Part shown: in pieces, positions 48,367 through 57,609 of the stretch
Layout: every line of letters begins with the position of its first letter
Position numbering within the stretch: position 1 is the first letter of the stretch
NCBI GenBank assembly: GCA_964640635.1
Contig: CAZXFD010000001.1
Span: 248,306 to 312,305 of the forward strand
Length of the DNA stretch: 64,000 bases
Source: an uncultured Gammaproteobacteria bacterium
GTDB lineage: Bacteria; Patescibacteriota; Patescibacteriia; UBA1558; S5-K13
Direction: 5' to 3'
Translations under genes and position numbers: made by a program
Notes under the pieces: generated by a model
What the model was told of the DNA's origin: nothing
Databases searched by the model: none
Seen by the model: only the letters and a program-made list of their open reading frames with translations

Positions 48367-48933
48367 TTATTTTTTATTGTTTCTATCGCAATCCCAATTT
48401 CTGGGGTTGTTTTTTATATATTCACGAATATTGTATAAATCCAGTTCTGTATGAATAATGTGTTCGTAATATGATTTTTGCCAACGAAAATATATTGCGT
48501 GATTTACCAAATTGATTTTTTTGGATGAAAACGTTTTAAATCCCCGAATCATTTCAAATAATGAATATTTTTTGTATCCCGTAGAGGCGGGTTTGTAACT
48601 CGCCTCTGAGATGGGTTGTAAACCCATCTCTACGTGGTTCGTGTGGCGAATACGTTTTATTTGTATTATCCCGTGGAAATGATTCGGCATTATTACATAC
48701 GAATCCAAAATACAATTTTTATAATGATTTGGTAAATCGCGCCAGCAATGTTTCACAATATACCCATATTTATTCAATGTCATTTTTCCATCTATGATTT
48801 CACCAAAACAATTAACCATATTTTTGGTACAAATAGTAACAAAATAAAAACCAGGATCAGAATAATCCCAGTATTTAAGACGAGTAGATTCAATTCTATA
48901 TTTATTTTTAAACAAAATAAGGTCCTTGTTCAT
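48367..48933 (-). CDS. REP-associated tyrosine transposase (RAYT, Y1 HUH)
   Basis: YFVTICT, MPNHFH (HUH), WQ.SYYEHII, YI.NNP. Confidence 0.88.
   Translation of the reverse strand: MNKDLILFKNKYRIESTRLKYWDYSDPGFYFVTICTKNMVNCFGEIIDGKMTLNKYGYIVKHCWRDLPNHYKNCILDSYVIMPNHFHGIIQIKRIRHTNHVEMGLQPISEASYKPASTGYKKYSLFEMIRGFKTFSSKKINLVNHAIYFRWQKSYYEHIIHTELDLYNIREYIKNNPRNWDCDRNNKK
48581..48633. repeat. GTAG-type REP doublet inside the RAYT gene
   Basis: GTAGAGGCGGGTTTGTAACTCGCCTCT plus GAGATGGGTTGTAAACCCATCTCTAC: two hairpins bounded by GTAG/CTAC. Confidence 0.75.
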
Positions 48934-49018
48934 AAATTTGCTTTTCTATTTGTATATTATTATTTCTAATTTATATGTCAATATGGTCAAAAAATAGGAT
49001 TTATTATAATATTAATCC

Positions 49019-50179
49019 ATGACTAAACTAAAAGACAAAATAAAAAATATACCCCAGAAACCCGGCATATACTTTTTTCTAGACAAGAATAAAACCATTC
49101 TTTATGTTGGTCGTGCAATATCACTTAAAAATAGAATTTCTCAATATTTTCAAAAAAACATTGATATAAGAATTGCTGAAATGATTTCTCTTGCCCATGA
49201 TATTAAATTCATTGAAACAGAAAATTTATTAGAAGCAATAATACTAGAGGCAAAAAATATCAAGAAATATTGGCCAAAGTATAATATCAAAGACAAAGAC
49301 AATAGATCTTTTATTTACATCGCAATTGATAAAAATAGTGATTATCCAAAAGTTAAATTAATAAGACAGCGAGAACTAGATAAATTTCCTATAAATAAAT
49401 TTGCAGTCTTTGGTCCTTATCAATCTTTATATTTAATTCAAAATGCACTAAAAATTATTAGACGCATATTTCCATATAGTACTTGCGTACCAAATAATGG
49501 CAAACCTTGTTTTGATTATCAAATAGGATTATGCCCAGGAACTTGTATTGGTGAAATTAGTAAAAAGAATTATAAAAAGAATATTTCTAATATTATTTTG
49601 TTTTTGTCAGGTGAAAAAACTCGTCTCTTAAAAAAATTAATGAAAGAAGATCCAGAAAAAGCAAAATTTTTAAAACATATTCAAGATGTATCGTTATTAA
49701 CAAATGAAAATGATATAAATTTAAAAATTAACAGAATTGAAGGTTATGATATTAGTCATTTTGCTGGAAAAGAATCGTATGGCTCAATGGTTGTTTTTGA
49801 AAATGGTCAGGCAAATAAAAATGAATATAGATTATTTAAGATAAAAACTGCTCCTGCAAGTGACGATGAAAGAGCACTCGAGGAAGTTATTTCAAGAAGA
49901 TTGAATCATCACGAGTGGCAAAGCCCCGATTTTATTATGATAGATGGTGGCAAACCACAAGTTGATTATATAAGCAAACTATTTAAGGGTATAAATATAA
50001 ACATTCCTATCGTTGGAATTTCAAAATATGATAATGATAGATTGGTTTATGGAACAGGTATGAGTAAAAGTATCAAGGAATTATGTGAAAATATTAAATC
50101 AACACTACTAAAGACTCGAGAAGAAGCACATAGATTTGCAAATAAAGGAAGAAAAAATAGTTTTGGAAAGAGGAAATAA
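49019..50179 (+). CDS. uvrC: Excinuclease ABC subunit C, short form
   Basis: N-terminal GIY-YIG (PGIYFF...LYVGRA..LK.R), Cys cluster C..Y.IG.C.G.C, RNase H-like RIEGYDISH...IDGGK.Q, REEAHRFA; no HhH tail. Confidence 0.9.
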   Translation: MTKLKDKIKNIPQKPGIYFFLDKNKTILYVGRAISLKNRISQYFQKNIDIRIAEMISLAHDIKFIETENLLEAIILEAKNIKKYWPKYNIKDKDNRSFIYIAIDKNSDYPKVKLIRQRELDKFPINKFAVFGPYQSLYLIQNALKIIRRIFPYSTCVPNNGKPCFDYQIGLCPGTCIGEISKKNYKKNISNIILFLSGEKTRLLKKLMKEDPEKAKFLKHIQDVSLLTNENDINLKINRIEGYDISHFAGKESYGSMVVFENGQANKNEYRLFKIKTAPASDDERALEEVISRRLNHHEWQSPDFIMIDGGKPQVDYISKLFKGININIPIVGISKYDNDRLVYGTGMSKSIKELCENIKSTLLKTREEAHRFANKGRKNSFGKRK

Positions 50180-50210
50180 AAAATGCTCTGGATTGCTCCA
50201 GAGCTATTGT

Positions 50211-50900
50211 TTATCTTATTCTTATAATCATAAATTCCCCATGAAGCATAAATATACCTCTTGCCATTGGAATTTTCTCATCATTGGGCCAATTTACATA
50301 AACTCTATCATCTTTTTCTAAAGAATTTGTGTAGACGAAAGAATTTTTTGGCAACTTGATTTGAAGCACTTTTGATAAACAGCATAGTATGTATTTAATA
50401 ACGGATGCTTCCGGTATTTTTTCATCATTTTCCAACATTGATATTTTATCAAAACAAGATTCTCCAATTACTTCTGGAGTTTTTCTGACTAACATCCAAC
50501 ATGATTCCGATATGTGTGAAATATCCTCAAATCTATAGTCATAGAACATCTCCCTATCAGAATCTTTCAAATAAGGCATGAGTATATGAGTCTCCTTTAA
50601 GCTCTCAAGATCCTTAATTTGAGGAATCTTAGTAAGTCTTTCCATGTCGTCTAAATGTGGATCCAAATTAAGGGCTATAATCACATCCGATATTGATATG
50701 AAATTTTCGCCCATTATCTTTTTCGCATCTAGCTCATCCGACGTTAATTCATGGCCCTTGGTTTGGGCCATATTAACTATTTTTTGAGCCAATTCTTTTG
50801 ACTCGACGACCCTTGATGCGAGCTCTTCATCAAATCCCAGTCTAGTTAAGGTTTTCACTACTTTAGCCCAAGTATGGAATGGTATTGGTTTGCCATTCAT
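50211..50900 (-). CDS. Orphan hypothetical protein
   Basis: AGGAGG RBS, own promoter, terminator at 50182-50208; A..IMG.NF motif. Confidence 0.7.
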   Translation of the reverse strand: MNGKPIPFHTWAKVVKTLTRLGFDEELASRVVESKELAQKIVNMAQTKGHELTSDELDAKKIMGENFISISDVIIALNLDPHLDDMERLTKIPQIKDLESLKETHILMPYLKDSDREMFYDYRFEDISHISESCWMLVRKTPEVIGESCFDKISMLENDEKIPEASVIKYILCCLSKVLQIKLPKNSFVYTNSLEKDDRVYVNWPNDEKIPMARGIFMLHGEFMIIRIR

Positions 50901-50974
50901 GGCGGACCTCCTGCTTATTTAATTTTATAGTTACATATTAACAGTTTATTTTAAAAATACAAGATTAAATTACA

Positions 50975-51071
50975 ATGTGAAAACATTAAACCAATACCAC
51001 TAAAAACTCATAAAGAAGCACATAAATTTGCAAATAGAGGAAGAAAAAATAATTTTAGAAAGAGAAAATAA
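50975..51071 (+). pseudogene. Duplicated, decaying 3' end of uvrC
   Basis: 84/97 nt identical to 50083-50179 (hand count). Confidence 0.85.
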
Positions 51072-51084
51072 AATCGCCTCTCAG

Positions 51085-51158
51085 GTCATCCTGAGTTTAT
51101 CTCAGGATCTCAATGAGAATGCAATTACAATGAGATCCCGAAACAAGTTCGGGATGAC
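51085..51158. repeat. Palindromic element (GTCATCC...GGATGAC) next to GIY-YIG gene
   Basis: Two 27-bp inverted arms, each itself a hairpin, separated by 20 bp. Confidence 0.8.
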
Positions 51159-51193
51159 AGGTGAAGAGAGAATTGTAGACGATTTTTGTCTAT

Positions 51194-51493
51194 TTAATCA
51201 AAGTCTTTATAAAATAAATCAATCCAATTTGGATTATTTTTTTCAATCACATTTATTTTCCAATCCCTGTGCCAATTCTTTAATTGCTTTTCTCGCTCAA
51301 TAGCATTTCTTGGGTTATTAAAACCCTCGTAGTAAACTAATTTATCAATATTATATTTTGATGTAAAACCTTTATTTATTTTATCTTTGTGTTCAATTAT
51401 CCTTCTGTATAAATCGTTTGTAATACCAATATATAAAACACCACATTTTCTGTTTGTCAAAATATAAACAAAATATGTTTTATCGCTTTTCAT
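51194..51493 (-). CDS. Stand-alone GIY-YIG nuclease
   Basis: YFVYIL....LYIG.TNDL.RR..EH, FT.KY, A..REKQLK.W.R.WK...I...NP.W.DL. Confidence 0.9.
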   Translation of the reverse strand: MKSDKTYFVYILTNRKCGVLYIGITNDLYRRIIEHKDKINKGFTSKYNIDKLVYYEGFNNPRNAIEREKQLKNWHRDWKINVIEKNNPNWIDLFYKDFD

Positions 51494-51545
51494 ATTAATA
51501 TCTTATTATTTTCCAATAGAATGTCAATAATGTTATAATAATGTT

Positions 51546-52136
51546 ATGATTTTAGATCAGATTTTATCATTTTTACTTTTATATAAATATTTTGCGTTAT
51601 TTCTAATAACTTTTTTTGCATCTCTGACAAATCTTACGCCAGCAAGTCCATCACTTATTGCTTCTGGCTCTTTTGTCGCCGCGGGATACTTAAATTATTG
51701 GCAAGTAATTGTATTTGGATTTTTAGGAACAGTATTAGGAGATATTACAGCTTATTTTCTTTCTTATTATTATAGTAAAGAAATATTGATGAAAATTGGA
51801 TTTAAGAAAATTTTAAACTCCAAAAGTTTTTCAAAGGTAGAAATATTATTTGAAAAAAATTCCGGGAAAACAATATTTCTAAGTCGCTTTTTTCTTACTA
51901 GTTTTGGTCCTATTGTAAATTTGATAGCTGGATTATCAAAAATAAGTTTCAAAAAATTTATTGTCTGTGACTTATTAGGGGAGTTAATATATGTGTTTTT
52001 ACTTACAGGAATAGGATATTTATTTGCAGATAATTGGAAATATGTATCAAGCTTATTTTCTTATGCAAGTAATATTTTAATAATATTATTCATTTTTATA
52101 GTAATTATATATTTTCATAGAAAAAAGCTATTTTAA
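51546..52136 (+). CDS. DedA family membrane protein
   Basis: G..LGD...Y, IFLSRF, AG.....F..F. Confidence 0.88.
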   Translation: MILDQILSFLLLYKYFALFLITFFASLTNLTPASPSLIASGSFVAAGYLNYWQVIVFGFLGTVLGDITAYFLSYYYSKEILMKIGFKKILNSKSFSKVEILFEKNSGKTIFLSRFFLTSFGPIVNLIAGLSKISFKKFIVCDLLGELIYVFLLTGIGYLFADNWKYVSSLFSYASNILIILFIFIVIIYFHRKKLF

Positions 52137-52215
52137 AAATAGCAGATTAGCATATTTGACAAAGTTTTATGAGCATAGTATAAATATCCATTGAATTAAA
52201 TTCAAGGAGGAAAAA

Positions 52216-52515
52216 ATGCAAAATCATGAATTTATCATGGGAAACTATTACATGTTTATTTTCCCATACGGTGTCCTTAATAGACCAGACGTAATCGTAG
52301 AAATGCCCACTCTTATTTATGAAAAAGAATTATTATTTCATTTTTTGTATAACTACAAATCTGAGGGGGAATTTGTTAAAAAAGAAGATATTCTTGCTGT
52401 CGGAGATAAAGATAATGGAACCGTAGAAATTAAGGGATGGGGTGGTAAATACACAATTCTAAATCAAGAATTATTTGATAAGTATGTTGTTGATGGAATA
52501 ATACAATTAAAATAA
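52216..52515 (+). CDS. Orphan hypothetical protein
   Basis: TTGACA-17-TATAAA promoter (52156-52184), AAGGAGG RBS, terminator at 52547-52572. Confidence 0.7.
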   Translation: MQNHEFIMGNYYMFIFPYGVLNRPDVIVEMPTLIYEKELLFHFLYNYKSEGEFVKKEDILAVGDKDNGTVEIKGWGGKYTILNQELFDKYVVDGIIQLK

Positions 52516-52728
52516 ATTGGCAACGTAGATCATAATTAAGACAATTAGGCAGTTCTAAGAACTGCTTTTTTATTTAGCTATGTTTGGAAAATCCCGGTTA
52601 TATGCTATAATATCTCTAGCAATCAGTAATCGGCTATTAGCTTTTAGGAGTTAATGGCTGAATACTGAATGCCTATATAATAATTAAGCTATGTGGCTAA
52701 GCGACTACATAGCTATGAAGCTAATAAT

Positions 52729-52950
52729 ATGGAACAATACTTAATACAAAATCAATGGATTTTCATTTTGCTTATGTTTTGGATATTGCCATGGAAGGGT
52801 GTAGCACTATGGCGTAGTGCAAAACTTAATAAAAAGGCATGGTTTATATCACTTTTGATTATAAATACACTTGGAATATTAGAAATATTATATATTTTCG
52901 TATTTAGCAAGGCAAAGAAGTCTCAAGACACGAGTCTTAATCAATTATAG
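52729..52950 (+). CDS. DUF5652-like membrane protein
   Basis: W.LPWKG.ALW.SA.....WF..LL..NT.GILEI.Y; start reassigned to the ATG at 52729. Confidence 0.75.
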   Translation: MEQYLIQNQWIFILLMFWILPWKGVALWRSAKLNKKAWFISLLIINTLGILEILYIFVFSKAKKSQDTSLNQL

Positions 52951-52951
52951 A

Positions 52952-53344
52952 ATGCAACGCATTATAATCGCTTCTGGCCCCGTTATAGTAGAAAACAATA
53001 AAGCTCTCCTTGTAAAACATAAGGATAGCTTTTTTAAATTCTGTGGTGGTACTGTCAAAAAAACAGAAAACTTTATCAAATCAGCACAAAGAGAGGCAAA
53101 AGAAGAGCTCGGTATAAAAATTTCATTATTAGATAACACTCCATTTATAATGTATTCAAAAAAAGAAATAGATGGCATAGATTATGACGTTATACTCGTT
53201 CATTACCTAGCAAGTAGAGTCGGCGATATAAAACCAGGAAGTGACATAAAAGAATGGGCATGGATAGACATAGATAAGCTTGAAGAATTTGAACTTGCAC
53301 CAAATATTATTCCAACCCTCAAACATTTTAACTTTTTAAAATAA
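52952..53344 (+). CDS. NUDIX hydrolase
   Basis: GG.V...E....SA.REAKEELG Nudix box. Confidence 0.88.
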   Translation: MQRIIIASGPVIVENNKALLVKHKDSFFKFCGGTVKKTENFIKSAQREAKEELGIKISLLDNTPFIMYSKKEIDGIDYDVILVHYLASRVGDIKPGSDIKEWAWIDIDKLEEFELAPNIIPTLKHFNFLK

Positions 53345-53349
53345 AAACT

Positions 53350-53616
53350 ATGACAACAATAAAACCAGAGGAAGCAAAGATTATCGGAGAACAACTTGCT
53401 ATAGATTGGTTGAAATTTGATTTAGAACAATTTACAAAAGGAATGAATGTAGAATTAGAACATGGAACTCGTGACCCTCACACCAATGTAACTAGTGACG
53501 ACTACCTAATAACTGGAAAAATTGCTCTAGCACATCTAAATGAATTCCCAGATTATTATGACAGGCTAGAAAAAATGGAAGAAGAGGCAGAAAAGTATTG
53601 GAATAATAAAAAATAA
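53350..53616 (+). CDS. DUF5661-like protein
   Basis: GM.VELEHG...TNVT.DD...TGKIALAHL.EFPDYY.RL..ME. Confidence 0.8.
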   Translation: MTTIKPEEAKIIGEQLAIDWLKFDLEQFTKGMNVELEHGTRDPHTNVTSDDYLITGKIALAHLNEFPDYYDRLEKMEEEAEKYWNNKK

Positions 53617-53632
53617 TTTTTAAAACAAATAT

Positions 53633-54103
53633 ATGAAGACATTGATTATATATTACTCAAGAACAGGACTTACAAAAAAGTTAGCAAATAGTATAAAGGA
53701 AAAATTAGAGGACTGCGATATAGAAGAGATAAAAACCAAGACAAATCGTCTAGGGGCAATACAATATTTAATTTGTGGAAAAGAAGCAATGCAAGAAAAA
53801 ATTACAAATATTGAAAATACTAATTATGATCCAGCAAATTATGATTTAATTATCTTAGGAACTCCTATTTGGGCATTTAATATTTCTTCGCCACTGAGAA
53901 CTTATATAGAAAAAAATAAAAACTCTTTTAAAAATGTTTTTGCATTTTTCACACAAGGATCATCTGGTGCAGATAAGGCCATTATTAGGCTTCAAAAATT
54001 GTTAGACAAAAACATATCAACACACCTTGCTTTAACGAGCAAAGAAGTCGCAAAAAGTCAATATCAAAACAAGCTAGATGAATTTTTGAAAAATATAATT
54101 TAA
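53633..54103 (+). CDS. Flavodoxin-like protein
   Basis: YYSRTG.TK, YD.I.LGTPIW, FFTQG. Confidence 0.85.
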   Translation: MKTLIIYYSRTGLTKKLANSIKEKLEDCDIEEIKTKTNRLGAIQYLICGKEAMQEKITNIENTNYDPANYDLIILGTPIWAFNISSPLRTYIEKNKNSFKNVFAFFTQGSSGADKAIIRLQKLLDKNISTHLALTSKEVAKSQYQNKLDEFLKNII

Positions 54104-54174
54104 AAATACAATCAAAAGAGTATTATTTATTATTTACTCTTTTTTGTTTTTCAAAAAAATGTTAAAATATATTT

Positions 54175-54576
54175 ATGTGGAATAAAAAAAAGAAAAAAAG
54201 TTTTAATATTTGGTTTTATATTGTAAACATTTGGACATTTGTATTCATCACTGTTATAATTTTGGATTTTTTAAATCACAATAGTCTAGAAGAATTTATA
54301 AACATAGCGGGATTTATTTACATTGGAGTTTTGGCAATATATTCAGGTGATAAAGAATTTGATAGATGGAACAAAATACAAATGGGAAATAGAAGGGGAG
54401 AGTTCTATGCAATTTTGTGGACTATACTTATTATATCTATAATTGGTTGGGACTTTGTTCTCGATAGAGGATATGAAATGCCAACAAGTGTTATATCTTC
54501 CTATACCGCAGTGCTTACAATTTTAGCTATTACTCAAAAATCTAAAAATCTATATACTCAAAAAAAGAAAAGATAG
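54175..54576 (+). CDS. Four-TM membrane protein
   Basis: Four hydrophobic helices; KEFDRW..RGE loop. Confidence 0.65.
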   Translation: MWNKKKKKSFNIWFYIVNIWTFVFITVIILDFLNHNSLEEFINIAGFIYIGVLAIYSGDKEFDRWNKIQMGNRRGEFYAILWTILIISIIGWDFVLDRGYEMPTSVISSYTAVLTILAITQKSKNLYTQKKKR

Positions 54577-54770
54577 CTTAAAATCACATTCCTTTTCAAA
54601 AGAATATTGAATTATAATCTCACAAAATAGAAGCAATGTGAGATTTTTTAAAACAAAAAGAAATGAATCGAATAACTCATTGACAAAGGATTAAAAATGT
54701 GCTAATTTTACATGTTAAATGTATTTTTGTGCTACAATAAAAATATATAATATATAACAATAAAAATACA

Positions 54771-56651
54771 ATGATATTCAACCGTTCAAAAAAAATAAAG
54801 ATAACAATACTAATTTTAGTAGTTTTTTGTGTTTTATATACCATATGGCTTGCTTTGGTACCAGTAAAAAATATATTAGCACTTAGTAATGAAAGCTATG
54901 ACTTGGTAAAGACTATAAATACGGACATTGATGAAGGCAACTTTGTTGCTCTCAATAAAGATGTTTATAAAATAAGAGAAAGAGTTGGACTTATAAAGAA
55001 TAATTTAGAATTTTTTGGATTTGTGAAAATAATGCCTTTTTTTGGAGATAAGTATAAAAAAGCAATGACTTCCATAAATGACGTTGAGGTGATATGTGAT
55101 AGCGTAAATACTATACTTGAATCTTCAAGAGACATGGGTCAATTAAACAAAGACAATATATTGATTAGTTTTTTAAATAATCCAGAGGAGTTTAAAAAAA
55201 TTAGTACTAGCTTCAACAATATATCATCAAATATTTATGAATTCAGTGATCTTTTTAACCTTAGCAACAAAGACTTTGTTCAAAATGTAAATTTACTTGC
55301 AAAAATTCTCAAAGTAAGTGAGCCTATAAGTCCAAATATTTTAGACATAATAGGACACAATGGACAAAGAAGATATCTATTGTTATTTCAAAACAACACA
55401 GAATTACGTGCTAGTGGTGGATTTATAGGAACATATGGAATCATAACCCTAGAAAATGGCAAGGTAAAAAATATTTATATAGATGATATTTATCATTTAG
55501 ATGTTCAATCTATTGGAAAATTGAAAAATCAGATGCCAGAGCCAATAAAAAAATATTTGAAAACAGAGGAATGGTATATGAGAGATTGCAATTGGCAGAT
55601 CAACTTTCCTGACGCAGCTCGTGATTGTCTCAGCTTATATGAGCAAGAAGTGAAAAACTTAGATAATAAAAATCCAGATAATGTTGATATTTACAACAAC
55701 AATCAGGGCAATATTGATGGAATTATAGCGTTAAACCCAGATCTTGTCGGAGAAGCATTGAAAATTATAGGTGATCAAGAAATAAGTGGAATTATGTTTG
55801 ATGGACAAAATTTTACAGATGATTTACAAAAGGCAGTAGAACTTTATTACAAAGAAAGAGGAGTAAGTCATTGGGATAGAAAAAATATTATAAGAGACTT
55901 GGCAAAAAATATATTGGAAGATTTGAAAAAATCAAATACTTATCAATATGGAAAACTTACAGATCTTGTGATAGAAAAATTAGAAAACAAAGATATTATT
56001 TTATATAGTAAAAATGAAGAGTTACAAAACAAATTAAGTTCTGCCGGCTGGACTGGAGAAGTAAAGAATTTCAGCGGAGATTATATAATGCTTGTAGATA
56101 GCAATCTAGCAAGTTTTAAATCTGATCAATTTATAGATAGAACTGTAAATTATCAGCTTACAAAGAACAAAGAAAACAATTTGATAGCAAAAGTTTCTAT
56201 TACATACAAACATAATGGAGGCTTTTCATGGAACTCAACGAAATATAGAGACTACGTTAGACTACTTGTGCCAAGTGGATCTGAGTTTATAAAAGTTACT
56301 GGATTTACAAATGACGAAAACAGTGATGAAATAATCCTTGACAAATCTGAAATGTATGGTAAGGTATCATATGGTTCGTTTATTAGTATAGATCCAAAAA
56401 CCTCAAAAACCCTTATTTTTGAGTATAAATTACCTGATTACGTTAAAGAACAGATCAAAAATAAGGAATATAAGCTTTATATTCAGAAGCAATCTGGAGT
56501 AAAGAACTTGTATTATATAATAAATGCAAACTTTGATGAGGATTTTAGAAAATTAAAAATAAACACCGATTCGATAATAGATAGTAACGTTTTTTCTGTA
56601 ATTGCAAAAAAGGCAATATCAAAAGACACTATAATAGAAATGAATTGGTAA
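54771..56651 (+). CDS. DUF4012 domain protein
   Basis: YLLLFQNNTELRASGGFIG, RD.NW..NFP, N....K.D, Y.DYVR..VP.G. Confidence 0.85.
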   Translation: MIFNRSKKIKITILILVVFCVLYTIWLALVPVKNILALSNESYDLVKTINTDIDEGNFVALNKDVYKIRERVGLIKNNLEFFGFVKIMPFFGDKYKKAMTSINDVEVICDSVNTILESSRDMGQLNKDNILISFLNNPEEFKKISTSFNNISSNIYEFSDLFNLSNKDFVQNVNLLAKILKVSEPISPNILDIIGHNGQRRYLLLFQNNTELRASGGFIGTYGIITLENGKVKNIYIDDIYHLDVQSIGKLKNQMPEPIKKYLKTEEWYMRDCNWQINFPDAARDCLSLYEQEVKNLDNKNPDNVDIYNNNQGNIDGIIALNPDLVGEALKIIGDQEISGIMFDGQNFTDDLQKAVELYYKERGVSHWDRKNIIRDLAKNILEDLKKSNTYQYGKLTDLVIEKLENKDIILYSKNEELQNKLSSAGWTGEVKNFSGDYIMLVDSNLASFKSDQFIDRTVNYQLTKNKENNLIAKVSITYKHNGGFSWNSTKYRDYVRLLVPSGSEFIKVTGFTNDENSDEIILDKSEMYGKVSYGSFISIDPKTSKTLIFEYKLPDYVKEQIKNKEYKLYIQKQSGVKNLYYIINANFDEDFRKLKINTDSIIDSNVFSVIAKKAISKDTIIEMNW

Positions 56652-56658
56652 TAATTTT

Positions 56659-57522
56659 ATGACAAATATAACAAGAACAGAAAACTTAATAGATAAAATA
56701 GTAGAAAGTAAATATTTTGTTTTGTTTGTGATTTCTATTTTTCTTGTTGTCTCAATAATACTTACAAGTTTACAAAAAAAAGAATACTCTTCTCAAGCTA
56801 GAGTTTTGATAATTCAAGATCAAGAACAAAAAATTGACGCTTATATTGCCTCAAAAGCATCTGAGAGTATTGCAAAAAATCTAAAAAAAGCATTATCAAG
56901 TTCTTCTTTTAGAAATAAGGTATTAGAAAATTTTTCAGACGCAAATACAAACTTTTCAAATTCAAGTGAAAAAGCAAGAAGAAAGCAATGGATTAAAACA
57001 CTAAATGTAAAACTGTTGCCAAATAGTTCTATATTAGAAATAACAGCATACAATGAATCCCCTGTATTTTCTGAAAAATTATTAAATAATGTTTTACTTA
57101 GTCTATTAGAAAATCATCAATCTTATCATGGCGGTGGTGCTTCAATTAATTTACAAATTATTGATTATCCACTTACATCAAGATATGCCGTCAAACCAGA
57201 TTGGGTTTTAAACTTAATATTGAGTATCATTTTGGGATTATTTTTTAGTGCAAGTATAATAAGTTTTTTCCCAAACAAAGCTTATAATTTAAATTACTTA
57301 CTTTACCCAAAGAAAAAAAGGGCTAAACAAATTCAAGAAACAAAAAAAATCTTTGAAACTTCAAGTCCAAATGAATTTGAAAAAAAAGAGCCACAAAGCA
57401 CAAATATTTATCAAAACTTATCAGAAGAAATAAAAAGAGATGCGGCTGGTGATATAGATATTGTATATGAAATAAAGAATAAAGTTCTAGATAACGATCA
57501 CTACCTAAGAAAAAAGGAATAA
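56659..57522 (+). CDS. Wzz/CpsC-like polysaccharide chain-length determinant
   Basis: N- and C-terminal TM helices, Y.S.A..L, ID.P......P...LN. Confidence 0.75.
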   Translation: MTNITRTENLIDKIVESKYFVLFVISIFLVVSIILTSLQKKEYSSQARVLIIQDQEQKIDAYIASKASESIAKNLKKALSSSSFRNKVLENFSDANTNFSNSSEKARRKQWIKTLNVKLLPNSSILEITAYNESPVFSEKLLNNVLLSLLENHQSYHGGGASINLQIIDYPLTSRYAVKPDWVLNLILSIILGLFFSASIISFFPNKAYNLNYLLYPKKKRAKQIQETKKIFETSSPNEFEKKEPQSTNIYQNLSEEIKRDAAGDIDIVYEIKNKVLDNDHYLRKKE

Positions 57523-57609
57523 TTTTTCGTCAGATTTGAAGTATATTGAATTTGCCGAAAAAGCAAAAATAAAAAAGTAAATTGAAATATATTATCTAGG
57601 AGGATAATA

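Noticed and set aside
51028-51303. 91-aa ORF from the track (and 50136-50321)
   Set aside because: The first is built from the out-of-frame uvrC duplicate, the palindrome and the antisense of GIY-YIG; the second from the out-of-frame uvrC end and the antisense of the orphan gene.
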